Positions 1-9,544 are shown, counted from the stretch's first letter. The stretch: DNA of 44,514 nucleotides from Myxococcales bacterium (GCA_037441385.1 JBBISH010000043.1:1-44514); one strand, 5' to 3'. The notes: generated by a model from the sequence alone, not told the origin. Translations and numbers: made by a program.

Positions 1-1737
1 GTCGCCATCGGCGTCGCTGACCAGGACGTGCGCTCCGGCGTGAGCGAGGGCGAGGGCCACCGCGTGGCCGATGCCGCCATTGGCGCCGCCGCCGCCCGGA
101 CCCGTGGCGCCCGTGGTTCCGCCGCCACCGCCCGCGGCACCGCCGGGGGCATCGGGGCAACAGGTCGCGACATCGGGCGCATCGCCACCGCGCAAGTCGA
201 GCAGACCGTCGATTTGCACTTGCCCTTGGACCTTGAGCACCAGCGGCGTGCTGCCGGTCACGGTGACCGTCACCCCCGACTTGATGGTGAACGATTTGAA
301 TTCATACGTGCCGCCGGCCAGGCTTTTGCTGGCGTCGGCCAGGTAGTCGCCGTCTTTGCCCGAACCGCAACCGGTGCAACCGCCCACCGTACTGGCGCCG
401 GTGTTGGCCGCAACCCAGACCTTGTTTTGACTGTCGTAGAGCCAACCTTGGGCCATCACGGCTGGGCCGGCGCCAGTGGCGATCGAGAGCGACGCGCCGT
501 CGGACAAAGCGTCGGTGGTCTTGCTGGTGATGCGCCCGAGCGGCTGGGCGTCAGGGCCGATGAGCACCGACTTCACCTGGACTTTGCTCTGGTTGCTGTA
601 GGTCACCCGCACCGTGAAGCTGTGGAGCACGCCGTCCGTGCCGCCATTGGTCTTCTGCTTGTCGTAGGCGATGACCGACCAATTCCCCTTGGGATCCTTA
701 CCTTTCCATACGTCGAGCGAGCCCTTGGCCACGGGGGTCAAGGTGGGGAACGTAGTCTTGAGTGCGGTGCCGGTGGCGCCGCCGTCGTAGAGGGTCATCA
801 AATTGCCCGCCGGATCCAGCAACTCCAGGCGGATGTTCGCGACATTGCTGTTCTCCACGTCCACGTCGATCTCGACCGAGTCCACCGCCCCAACCGACGC
901 CACCGTCGCGATGCCATACACGCCCTGGGGGCTGGCGTCCAAGATCGGCACCTCGGGCTTGGCCACAAAAGGCTGGGTGATCACGGTGGAAAATAGCTTC
1001 GCCAAAGTCGAGTCGCCGGCCGTCACGCACTCCAGACCGCCGTCGGCCAAGATGCCCTTGACCACCAGCCCGGTCCCGCAGCTGCTGCCGGCTTTGGGCA
1101 CCACCGGCGCGCCGATCAGGTCGGCGTACAGGCCGCTGGTGCCCACATCGGCCAACTTGGGCGCGCCGCTCAGGTCTTTGTAATTGCCCGTCTGCGCGAC
1201 CGGCGCCAGGGCCGCCGCCTTGACGTAGTCGCTCAAGTCGGACTTCAGGGCATAGCCGGCCAAGTCCGTCGCCTTGACCAGACCGCCCGCCGCAGTGGAA
1301 TTGAGCTGTTGCAGGGTGATGCAGCCGACGCAGCTCAGGCTCTCGGCCACGCCGGCGCGCAGCGCGAACGGCACCGACTGCAGCGGCACGCGGTCCATCT
1401 CTGGATCTTGGCCCACCGTGATCCCGAGCCACGGCGTCTTGCCCGCCAAAACATCTGGCGTGATCGGCACCTTGCTGCCCATGTTCCAGTTGAACAGGCC
1501 ACCCTTGACCGACACATTGACCGGCCCCTCAGTCCAGAAGGCTTGGACGGCGAAGGGATCGTCGTACAAGCGCAACGTGATCGCGTAGTTGCCGTCTGCC
1601 GCCGGTCCACCGCTGCTCGTCAACACGGCCTGCACGCCGGCCTGACTCGGCACTGCCTGCGCCGGCATGCCGACGAGCAGCCCAACCAACGCTACCAGGG
1701 CCGCCAAGCCCAGATGCCCTGCCGTACAATGCTTCAT
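1..1737 (-). CDS. Secreted modular protein, 3'-truncated at the window edge: signal peptide, fibre-like repeats, proprotein-convertase P-domain-like segment, Gly-rich region
   Basis: Not in the ORF track because it has no stop in the window. Hand translation from ATG 1737 (MKHCTAGHLGLAALVALVGLLVGMPAQAVPSQ...) stays open to base 1. P-domain-like stretch VEIDVDVENSNVANIRLELLDPAG...WKGKDPKGNWSVIAYD...GVLHSFTVRV. Confidence 0.8.
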   Translation of the reverse strand, partial: MKHCTAGHLGLAALVALVGLLVGMPAQAVPSQAGVQAVLTSSGGPAADGNYAITLRLYDDPFAVQAFWTEGPVNVSVKGGLFNWNMGSKVPITPDVLAGKTPWLGITVGQDPEMDRVPLQSVPFALRAGVAESLSCVGCITLQQLNSTAAGGLVKATDLAGYALKSDLSDYVKAAALAPVAQTGNYKDLSGAPKLADVGTSGLYADLIGAPVVPKAGSSCGTGLVVKGILADGGLECVTAGDSTLAKLFSTVITQPFVAKPEVPILDASPQGVYGIATVASVGAVDSVEIDVDVENSNVANIRLELLDPAGNLMTLYDGGATGTALKTTFPTLTPVAKGSLDVWKGKDPKGNWSVIAYDKQKTNGGTDGVLHSFTVRVTYSNQSKVQVKSVLIGPDAQPLGRITSKTTDALSDGASLSIATGAGPAVMAQGWLYDSQNKVWVAANTGASTVGGCTGCGSGKDGDYLADASKSLAGGTYEFKSFTIKSGVTVTVTGSTPLVLKVQGQVQIDGLLDLRGGDAPDVATCCPDAPGGAAGGGGGTTGATGPGGGGANGGIGHAVALALAHAGAHVLVSDADGD

Positions 1738-1893
1738 GGCCAGCCCCTTGCGCTGCAGTCCGGTTGTGCCGGTGTCTTGCCAACAATGTGCAATTGCAAA
1801 GACGCTGCGTCAAGTCGGCCGGCAAGGGCCAACTTGTTGGGTTCGGTAGCGATCTTGCGGCGGGCGCAGGGCGGCGCGGCGGCGCCAGGGTGG

Positions 1894-4149
1894 TCAGATC
1901 GCCAGGCGCTTGCGACGGGCAAAGCCGGCGGCCAAGAAGGCGAGTTCGACGGCGCCACTGATGAGCATCCAGGTGACCACGTCCGAGCCGCCAAAGCCGT
2001 ACGAGTGCATGCCAGCCGCGAGCACGTAGTTGACGCCCAGATAGGTCATCAAGATCGTCCAGAACGCGCCGATGCTGAAGGCGGCGACGCCAAAGGCCCC
2101 GATCAAGCGGTCGAACTTGCCGTGCAAGATGGCCATGTAGGCCAAAAAGGCAATCAACGACCAGACTTCCTTGGGATCCCAGCCCCAGTAGCGGCCCCAC
2201 GACGAGGCGGCCCAGATCGAGCCGGTCAAGATGCCGGCGATGAGCAGGATCGAACCGATCAGGATGTACCAGTACAGCAGGTCGTAGAGCTTGCGCGCGA
2301 GCTCCGTGCCGTCTTTGGCAAAAATCGTCACGCCAATCTGCATGTGCGCCACCAGCACGCCCAAGGTGAGCACCGAGTAGCTGACCATGATGATCGGCAC
2401 ATGGATCGCCAGCCAGACCGTGCCCGACAGCACCGGCGCCACCGGATGGATGAAGCCGTCCATCGGCAAGAGATCGATCAGCAGCATGGTCAGCGCCGAC
2501 ATCGCCGCGGCGTTGAACACCACCATGCGCTGGCGCCAGAAAATCGACGCCACCATAGCGAACAGGCCCACGCCCCAGGCCAAGAACAGCATCGACTCGT
2601 ACATGTTCGAAGCCGGCACCCGCCCGGCGATCTGCCAGCGCAGCCAGATGCCCCAGCTCATCGCCGCAAAGCCGGCCACCAGACCCAGCGCGCTGACGAT
2701 GTCGAACGCTTTGCGCGGCCGCCGCAGGCCCAGGGCGCCCAGCAGCGCCGCCGGCACCAGGATCAGCCACGCCAAGCGGGCCGGCCGGGCGCGGTTGTAC
2801 AGCAGCTCGCGATCGATGGCTTCGGCGGTGGGGTAGTGAGCAAAGCCCTTGGGCGGATTGGCGATCAGGTCCAGCAGCACCTCGGGACCCTTCCACGAGT
2901 TGGGCCCTTGCCACTTGCCCATCGGATCCTGGATCGGCATCACCCGCAGGGCGCTTTTGTCATAGAAACCACTCAACATTTCCAGGCGCTTGCTCAGCTC
3001 TTCGGCATCGCGCAGCATCTTGGGCTTGCCTTTGTCGGGCGCGGCCTCGGCCTCTTGCAGCACCACCGACAGGCGCGGGTTGTTGACCAGACCATTGAAC
3101 GAGGCGCACTGCACCGTACCCGCCAGGCCCAGGGCGCGCGCCACGTCGCTGCCGCCCACGTAGACGTTCTCCAGATCGGCCCAGCCTTGGTGGTCGTACA
3201 GCCAGCCCAAGACGTGGCGCACGGGATCCTTCTCGTACACCAAACACGGGCCGGTGATCTTGTTCAGCGCCTCGTTGGCCATCGTCTCCAGCGGCATCGA
3301 GCGGCCATCGTGCTGCACAGGCAGGCGGTGCAGGCGGTCGGCCACGTCTTGCGCGGGCATGTAGGTGGCCTCGGCCGGGCTCGCCGCCATCGTCCCCACC
3401 AGGCTGAGCAGGGCTACCGCCGCGGCGGCCATGGCTTTTTGAGCGGCGGCGATCTTGCGGCGCGTGTAGATGCGGGTGCCCGCCACCCAGCACATACCCA
3501 GCACGAGCAGGCCGTAGCCAACAAAGACGATGTTCTGGCCGGGGTCCTTGGACACGCTCAGCACGGTCATCTCGCGGCCGCTCTGCATGTCGTAGCTGCT
3601 TTGGAAGAAGCTCCAGCCGCCGTAGTACAGCGGTTGGTTCATCTGGATCACGGCCTTGAAGGGCGCGCCGCCGCTGGGCGTCACGGTGACGTTGCTGCGA
3701 AATTGCGACGGGCGCATCGTGCCCGGATAGCGGCCCAGCTCAAAGTCGTCCAGCGCAACCGAAAAACCAAGCGGCAGCTGCTGTTCCGCGGCGCCTTCGC
3801 CGCTGAGGAAGACCGAACTGACCTCGCCCTCGTACAGCGGCAAGTGCCCTTCGACCTTGAACTGCAGCGTCACCCACGCGCCCACCAGGATCACCACCAT
3901 GGACAGGTGGGTGATCGCAAAGCCGACGCGCAGCTTGCCCCACGGGTAGCGGTCGATCAGCGCGCAGGCGTTGTTGACGGTGAAGATCGCGAGCAACGCC
4001 CGGAACCAGCCGGCGTCGTACACGACCTTGGCGGCCTCGGCGCCGCTGGTCGACTCGATCAAGGTGCCCGCGGCCAAGGCGATGCACAGCACGATCAGGA
4101 TGACGACGGAGATCCAGATGGCCCCAAGTTTGCGGATCCAAGCGCGCAT
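1894..4149 (-). CDS. ccsBA: Fused system II cytochrome c synthase CcsBA (ResB-ResC)
   Basis: ResB-like N-terminus (GTLIES, THLSM, MNQPLYYGGWSFFQSSY). CcsA WWD motif WGRYWGWDPKE. Conserved His in IHVP, ILHG and GMHSY. Start placed at ATG 4149 (MRAWIRK). Confidence 0.93.
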   Translation of the reverse strand: MRAWIRKLGAIWISVVILIVLCIALAAGTLIESTSGAEAAKVVYDAGWFRALLAIFTVNNACALIDRYPWGKLRVGFAITHLSMVVILVGAWVTLQFKVEGHLPLYEGEVSSVFLSGEGAAEQQLPLGFSVALDDFELGRYPGTMRPSQFRSNVTVTPSGGAPFKAVIQMNQPLYYGGWSFFQSSYDMQSGREMTVLSVSKDPGQNIVFVGYGLLVLGMCWVAGTRIYTRRKIAAAQKAMAAAAVALLSLVGTMAASPAEATYMPAQDVADRLHRLPVQHDGRSMPLETMANEALNKITGPCLVYEKDPVRHVLGWLYDHQGWADLENVYVGGSDVARALGLAGTVQCASFNGLVNNPRLSVVLQEAEAAPDKGKPKMLRDAEELSKRLEMLSGFYDKSALRVMPIQDPMGKWQGPNSWKGPEVLLDLIANPPKGFAHYPTAEAIDRELLYNRARPARLAWLILVPAALLGALGLRRPRKAFDIVSALGLVAGFAAMSWGIWLRWQIAGRVPASNMYESMLFLAWGVGLFAMVASIFWRQRMVVFNAAAMSALTMLLIDLLPMDGFIHPVAPVLSGTVWLAIHVPIIMVSYSVLTLGVLVAHMQIGVTIFAKDGTELARKLYDLLYWYILIGSILLIAGILTGSIWAASSWGRYWGWDPKEVWSLIAFLAYMAILHGKFDRLIGAFGVAAFSIGAFWTILMTYLGVNYVLAAGMHSYGFGGSDVVTWMLISGAVELAFLAAGFARRKRLAI

Positions 4150-4201
4150 GAACAGCTGCCCCTTGCCGTGGCAAGCGCCCAGGACGGGCGCGAACAGCGG
4201 T

Positions 4202-4263
4202 ATTGTAGGGGGACCGCCAACTGGCTGTGTCACCTGATCTTGGGGACGTGTCACCTGTTCTTG
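4202..4263 (-). promoter_or_regulatory. Putative ccsBA promoter: TACAAT -10 box and tandem 16-bp direct repeats
   Basis: GTGTCACCTG(A/T)TCTTG at 4227-4242 and 4248-4263 (21-bp period). TACAAT on the minus strand at 4207-4202. Confidence 0.5.
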
Positions 4264-4324
4264 TCAGCGACCGGCGCAGAGAAACTAAATCGCCGGAAGT
4301 GCTGGCAATTGCGGCGCAGTTATC

Positions 4325-6244
4325 TCAGTACTCGTCGCCTTCGGCCGCGCCACCGTCGTCGACATCAAAGGTGCGCAGGGGCTTGATCTCCACGTCGAAC
4401 TCGCGCGCGGCGACCTTCTGGGCGATCTCGTCGGCCACGGTCTGGTACGGGGCGACCGGGCGCTGCCCGTCCTTGTAGGTGCGGAGCGAGACCAGCCCCT
4501 CGGCCGCTTCCTTCTCGCCCACCACCAGCATGTAGGGGGTCTTCTTCATCTCGGCTTCGCGGATCTTGTACTGCATCTTCTCGCCGCGATCGTCGACCTC
4601 GGCGCGAATCCCCTTGCCCTGCAGGTGCTTGCAGACCGTCCACGCGTAGTCCAGCGACTTATCCGAGATCGGCACCACCACCGCCTGCAGCGGACTCAGC
4701 CAGGTGGGCAGCGCGCCGGCCGTGTGTTCCAGCAGCACGCCGATGAACCGCTCGAAGCTGCCAAAGATGGCGCGGTGGATGACGATCGGCCGCTGCGCCG
4801 TATTGTCGCTAGCGGTGTACTTCATCTCGAAATTGATGGGCTGCTGGAAGTCGAGCTGCACCGTGGCGCACTGCCACTTGCGGCCCAGGCAGTCGTCGAT
4901 CTTGATGTCGATTTTTGGCCCGTAGAAGGCGCCGCCGCCGGCGTCGACCGTGTACTGGAAGCCGCCCTTGTCCAGCGCAGCTTTCAAATCCTGTTCAGCT
5001 TTGTCCCACGCGGCGATTTCGCCCATGAATTTCTCAGGATTACGGGTCGACAGCGTGAACGAGTAGCTGAGGTTGAACAGCGAGTACACCTCGCGGACGA
5101 TGTCGAGCACCTCGAAGATCTCGCTCTCGACCTGCTCGGGCATCACGAAGATGTGGGCGTCGTCCTGCATGAATTGCCGCACGCGGAACAGGCCGTTTAG
5201 CGCACCCGCCATTTCGTTCCTGTGCAGGATGCCGCCCTCGGCGATGCGCAGCGGCAGCTCGCGGAACGACCGCTTCTTGCTGGTGTAATACAAGAACGTG
5301 TCGGGGCAGTTCATGGGCTTCAAGCAATACTCGGTCTCTTCGTGCTCGTGCTTGAAGATGAACATGTCCTCTTTGTAGTGCGTGTAATGGCCCGAGCGGA
5401 TGTACAGATCCTTCTTGTAAAGCATCGGGTTCCAGATTTCCTGGTAGCCGCGCCGCGCCCCCAGCTCGCGCCAATACGCCTGCAGCGCCTGCACCATCGC
5501 AAAGCCCTTGGGCGTCCAGAACGCCGCGCCGGGGGCCTCTTGGTGGAAGTGGAACAGGTCGAGCTCGGCGCCCAGGCGCTTGTGGTTGCGCTTCTTCGCC
5601 TCTTCCAAGAAGTTCAGGTAAGCGTCCAGATCCTCTTGGGTTTCCCAGGCCGTACCGTAGATGCGCTGCAGCATCGGGTTGTTGGCGTCGCCGCGCCAGT
5701 AGGCGCCCGAGGTCCGCAGCAGCTTGTAGAACTTCAGCTTGCCGGTCGAGGCCACGTGCGGGCCGGCGCACAGGTCCACGAACTGGTTTTGCCGGTACAG
5801 GGTCGCCACGGCCGCGCCCTGCTCGCGCTCGATCTTCTCCAAAATCTCCAGCTTGAACGGCTGCTCGGCGCCGGCGAACACTTCGCGGGCCTGGGCCAAC
5901 GGCACCTGCACCACCTGGAACGGCCAGCCGCGCTTGATGATCTTCTTCATCCGGCGCTCGATCTCTTCCAGATCTTCGGGCGTCAGCGGCCGGGGCAAGA
6001 AGATGTCGTAGTAGAAGCCGTGCTCGATGGCCGGCCCCGCGCCAAATTGCGCAGTGGGGAACAGCTGTTGCACGGCCTCGGCCATGACGTGGGCCGCCGA
6101 GTGACGCAGCCGGTGCAGGCGCTTGCCGCGCGACTCCTCGCCCTCCACGCGGTTGTTGGCAAACTCGAAGCCCTGGCTCAGGGAGAAAAGGGCCGTGTTC
6201 GCCTGCTCTTGCGAGCCCTGGGGCTGCTGGTTCTCGTCGCTCAT
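4325..6244 (-). CDS. thrS: Threonine--tRNA ligase
   Basis: RHSAAHVMA and DLCAGPHV editing motifs; KPMNCP, FRVRQFMQDDAH, GAFYGPKID, IHRAIFGSFERF; C-terminal anticodon-binding domain. Start ATG 6244 (MSDENQQ). Confidence 0.97.
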   Translation of the reverse strand: MSDENQQPQGSQEQANTALFSLSQGFEFANNRVEGEESRGKRLHRLRHSAAHVMAEAVQQLFPTAQFGAGPAIEHGFYYDIFLPRPLTPEDLEEIERRMKKIIKRGWPFQVVQVPLAQAREVFAGAEQPFKLEILEKIEREQGAAVATLYRQNQFVDLCAGPHVASTGKLKFYKLLRTSGAYWRGDANNPMLQRIYGTAWETQEDLDAYLNFLEEAKKRNHKRLGAELDLFHFHQEAPGAAFWTPKGFAMVQALQAYWRELGARRGYQEIWNPMLYKKDLYIRSGHYTHYKEDMFIFKHEHEETEYCLKPMNCPDTFLYYTSKKRSFRELPLRIAEGGILHRNEMAGALNGLFRVRQFMQDDAHIFVMPEQVESEIFEVLDIVREVYSLFNLSYSFTLSTRNPEKFMGEIAAWDKAEQDLKAALDKGGFQYTVDAGGGAFYGPKIDIKIDDCLGRKWQCATVQLDFQQPINFEMKYTASDNTAQRPIVIHRAIFGSFERFIGVLLEHTAGALPTWLSPLQAVVVPISDKSLDYAWTVCKHLQGKGIRAEVDDRGEKMQYKIREAEMKKTPYMLVVGEKEAAEGLVSLRTYKDGQRPVAPYQTVADEIAQKVAAREFDVEIKPLRTFDVDDGGAAEGDEY

Positions 6245-6346
6245 CGTGGTCCTCGTCTGGTCGCGCCGCGGGTGCGGGGGCAAAAGGATAGCAAGAAGCC
6301 GGCGGGCCTGCACCTGGGCGGCCCATCGGCGCGGCTCCGTGTTCGA

Positions 6347-7663
6347 TCAGACCGCGGTCAACCGCTTGATCCGCCACTGCAGCAGCGGCGGCGTCAGCAG
6401 CGTGGTCGCCACCACCATCGCCACCACCGCGGCGTACTCGGCCGGACCCACCACCGGCTTGCCCGCGACCAACAGCCCCGAGCCGACACCGGCAAAGATC
6501 AGGCCGACTTCGCCGCGCGGGATCATGCCAAGGCCCACCAGCAAGCGATCGACGGGCCCCTTGTTCTGCAAAACCAGCAGCGAGCACGCTTGCTTGCTCA
6601 CGATGGCCACACCGATCAGCGCCGCGCCCAGCAGCAACGCCCCGGGCTGCAGCAGCGCCCGCAAGTCGGTGTGCAAGCCCATCTGCACAAAGAACACGGG
6701 CACGAACAGCTGCGCCACCGGGTGCACCAGCTCTTCCAAGCCGCGCTCGCCGCGGGCACGGTACGGCTCGCTGTGCGCCTCTTCCAGCACCAGCCCCGCC
6801 GCGAACGCCCCCACCAGCGGCGCCAGACCGGCCCAATCCGCCGCCCACGCTAGACCAAAGCACAGCCCCATGCCCAGCGCCAGCAGGGTCGAGGGGTGCC
6901 GCAGGTGCGCCGCCCAGGCAAAGAACCAAGGTGTCGCCCACACGCCCACCGCGAGCGAAATCACCAGAAACACCAAGGCCTTGATCATGATCAGCGCGAT
7001 CGGCCCAAGCGCCAGCCCTTCGCCCGCATTCGCCGCGCCGATCAGGGCCGCCACCACCGCCAAGACCACGAGACCCAGCACGTCGTCGAGGACCGCCGCG
7101 CCCAGGATCACCCGCGCCTCGGGCCGTTCCAGCGCACCCAGTTCTTGGAGCACGCGCGCCGTGATGCCCACCGAGGTCGCCGTGAGGGTCGCCCCCAAGA
7201 ACAATGCCGTAAAATGCGTTGAATTCGGCGGCAAAAGCTGCGAGGCCACCAGCCAGCCCAAGACCAGCGGCGTCACCACGCCGATCGTCGCCACCAGCAG
7301 CGCCGACAGCCCGACCTTGAGCATCTGGCGAACCGTGGACTCCAGCCCCACCTCAAAAAGCAGCAACAGGACGCCGATGCGGCCCAGCAGATCAATGGCG
7401 GGCGAGTCGCGCAGCTCGGCAGCAAACGGCAGACCGGCATTGGCGACCAAGACGCCAAAGACGAGTTCGCCCATCACCGCGGGCTGCTTGAGTCGGGTCG
7501 CGACAAAACCAGCGAGCAACGCACCGGTCAACACCAAGGTCAGGTGCAGAGCCACCGGCGCGACCGGGTCGTGCGAGGCCGCGGCCGCAGGATCCGCCAG
7601 CAACAGCAGCCCCGCGATCAGGATGGTTTTGGGGAGCAGAGACAAGGGCTTGCGCGGCCTCAC
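6347..7663 (-). CDS. Cation:proton antiporter (CPA2/Kef/NapA family)
   Basis: Many TM helices; QPAVMGEL, LLLFEVGLE, TATSVGIT, AAVLDDVLG, GMIPRGEVG. GTG start overlaps the dapF stop (GTGA). Confidence 0.92.
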   Translation of the reverse strand: MRPRKPLSLLPKTILIAGLLLLADPAAAASHDPVAPVALHLTLVLTGALLAGFVATRLKQPAVMGELVFGVLVANAGLPFAAELRDSPAIDLLGRIGVLLLLFEVGLESTVRQMLKVGLSALLVATIGVVTPLVLGWLVASQLLPPNSTHFTALFLGATLTATSVGITARVLQELGALERPEARVILGAAVLDDVLGLVVLAVVAALIGAANAGEGLALGPIALIMIKALVFLVISLAVGVWATPWFFAWAAHLRHPSTLLALGMGLCFGLAWAADWAGLAPLVGAFAAGLVLEEAHSEPYRARGERGLEELVHPVAQLFVPVFFVQMGLHTDLRALLQPGALLLGAALIGVAIVSKQACSLLVLQNKGPVDRLLVGLGMIPRGEVGLIFAGVGSGLLVAGKPVVGPAEYAAVVAMVVATTLLTPPLLQWRIKRLTAV

Positions 7664-8562
7664 GGCACTCCGCCGGCCAGCCACGGGGCCAAGTCCAGGG
7701 TGCCGCGGTAGACCAGCTTGGCCGGTCCGCGCATCACGGCGCGGTCGTCGCTGCCAATGGTGATCTGCAGCGTACCGCCGGGGAGGACTACGGCGACCTC
7801 GCGATTCCGCTGGGTAAGTCCGCGGCGCAAGGCCTCGAACGCCACCGCGGTCGCGCCGGTCCCGCAGGCTTGCGTCCAACCGCAGCCGCGCTCGAACACA
7901 TTCACCACCAGCTGCAACGGCTCGCCGGCGCCGTCCACGCGTACGAACTCGACGTTGGTCTGCTGCAAGAAAGCTGGATGATTCGAGATTTGCGGCCCCA
8001 GAGCGTCGCGGCTCGCGGCATCGAGCGGGGCGAACGTGACCGCGTGGGGGTTGCCCATCGACAGGGCCGACAGCTCGAACGTGCGGCCACCCAGGTGCCA
8101 GGTTTCGGCGATCAGCGGGTCCGGGCGGTCAAGGTGAACGGCCGCGGGGCGCCAATCGGCCTGCCCCATGTCGATAGCGACCTCGACGACCGTGCCGTCG
8201 GCGCCGCGGGTCAGCTGGCAGGTGCGCAACCCGGCGCCGGTCTCCACCGCCAGCACATCGCCGCTGACACCATGCACATCGGCAAGATACTTGACGAAAC
8301 AGCGCAAGCCGTTGCCGCACATTTCGGGTTCGCTGCCGTCGGCGTTGATGACCGTCATCCGCGGCGCTGCGGGCGTGCCGGTCCACAGCAAGACGCCGTC
8401 GGCGCCGATGCCCGTGTGGCGATCGCACAGCTTTTGCACCAGCGCCACCTGGGCTTGCGGGGGCAAGGCGGGCCAGCACCGCGTGGCGTGGTCCGTATGG
8501 CGGGCATCCACGACCACGAAGTCGTTGCCAAGTCCATGCAATTTAGCGAATTCGAGCAACAT
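7660..8562 (-). CDS. dapF: Diaminopimelate epimerase
   Basis: FAKLHGLGNDF, DRHTGIGADG, NADGSEPEMCGNG, SMGNPH, ERGCGWTQACGTG; both catalytic Cys present. Confidence 0.96.
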   Translation of the reverse strand: MLLEFAKLHGLGNDFVVVDARHTDHATRCWPALPPQAQVALVQKLCDRHTGIGADGVLLWTGTPAAPRMTVINADGSEPEMCGNGLRCFVKYLADVHGVSGDVLAVETGAGLRTCQLTRGADGTVVEVAIDMGQADWRPAAVHLDRPDPLIAETWHLGGRTFELSALSMGNPHAVTFAPLDAASRDALGPQISNHPAFLQQTNVEFVRVDGAGEPLQLVVNVFERGCGWTQACGTGATAVAFEALRRGLTQRNREVAVVLPGGTLQITIGSDDRAVMRGPAKLVYRGTLDLAPWLAGGVP

Positions 8563-8686
8563 CGGCGGGACCTCGCGCGGCATGATGCCGAAAGTCGGGG
8601 GCAAATGCCAATGGGATGGCCCGCGCGCCCCGCTTGCCGTATCCTTGCCCCTACGCAGCGCCCGCCGCGAGAGCACGAGCAGCCCG

Positions 8687-9544
8687 ATGTCCTTGCCCGA
8701 ATCGCAAGTTGCGCCGCCCTTCGACCCGACCGACGACCGCGCCGTGGCCGAATTGGTCGCGCAGGTGGGCGCCGCGTTGCGGATGGCGCGCTGGAGTGGT
8801 GTGGACGCAGTGGCCCGCAAGGCCCGGCCGACGCCAGCGGTGGCGGCGAGCCCGATGCGCCAAGGGAGCCCGCAACCCCAGACGGCGCCACGCAATTCCC
8901 CGCAGCGGCCGGCGAATCGCCCTGAGTCGTCGCCAGCGAGCGCGCCGCCACTGGCCCAACTCGCGGCCGTGTCGCGCCGGCCCCAGGCCCAGGCTGCCCT
9001 AGAGGCCCTGGCCCGCGAGGCGGCCGAATGTGCGCGCTGTCCGCGCCGGGCCGGCAGCGCTAGGGTCGTGTTCGGCAGCGGCAACCCTGTGGCCAAAACC
9101 TTGATCTTGTTGGGTTCGCCAAGCAGCACCGCGGACGCGTCGGGCAAGGTCGGCCAAGGCGAGGCGGGAGCGCTGTTGGACAAAATGATGGCGGCGATGG
9201 GCCTGCACCGCGACGACGCCTGGCTGACCCACGTCTGCTTGTGCCACGGCGGCGGCGCGCGGCCCAACGCGGCCGATACCCGGACTTGCAGTACCTGGCT
9301 AGGCAAGCAATGGGAAGTGGTCCAGCCCAAGGCACTTTTGGCGTTTGGCGAAGTGCCGGCGCAGTTCCTGTTGCGGCAGGCCCTGCCGCTGGCGCAGCTC
9401 CGTGGAAAGTGGTTCGAGATTCGCGGAGTTCCAGCGCTGTGCACCTGGTCGCCCGAAGAGCTGTTGGCCGAGCCCGCCCGCAAGCGCGAAGCCTGGGCCG
9501 ATCTGCAAAGCTTTATGAATCACCTGGGGTTGCGGCGCCCATGA
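8687..9544 (+). CDS. Uracil-DNA glycosylase family 4-like protein with degenerate catalytic motifs
   Basis: Low-complexity N-terminus, then CARC...VVFGSGNP...GEAGALLDKMMAAMGL...C...C...QPK...LRGKWF...KREAWADL, the family-4 UDG layout. Confidence 0.85.
   Translation: MSLPESQVAPPFDPTDDRAVAELVAQVGAALRMARWSGVDAVARKARPTPAVAASPMRQGSPQPQTAPRNSPQRPANRPESSPASAPPLAQLAAVSRRPQAQAALEALAREAAECARCPRRAGSARVVFGSGNPVAKTLILLGSPSSTADASGKVGQGEAGALLDKMMAAMGLHRDDAWLTHVCLCHGGGARPNAADTRTCSTWLGKQWEVVQPKALLAFGEVPAQFLLRQALPLAQLRGKWFEIRGVPALCTWSPEELLAEPARKREAWADLQSFMNHLGLRRP

Noticed and set aside
1766..1800. GG-N10-GC motif and TGCAATTGCA palindrome upstream of the first gene
   Set aside because: The -12 match is poor (CGGC) and the palindrome is short, so it cannot be told from chance.
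1309..4386. 1025-aa plus-strand ORF and many other long overlapping ORFs (e.g. 5222-6853, 12797-14584, 35899-37800, 38755-40758)
   Set aside because: Antisense or frame-shifted shadows of recognisable high-GC genes; Arg/Gly/His-rich with no motifs.
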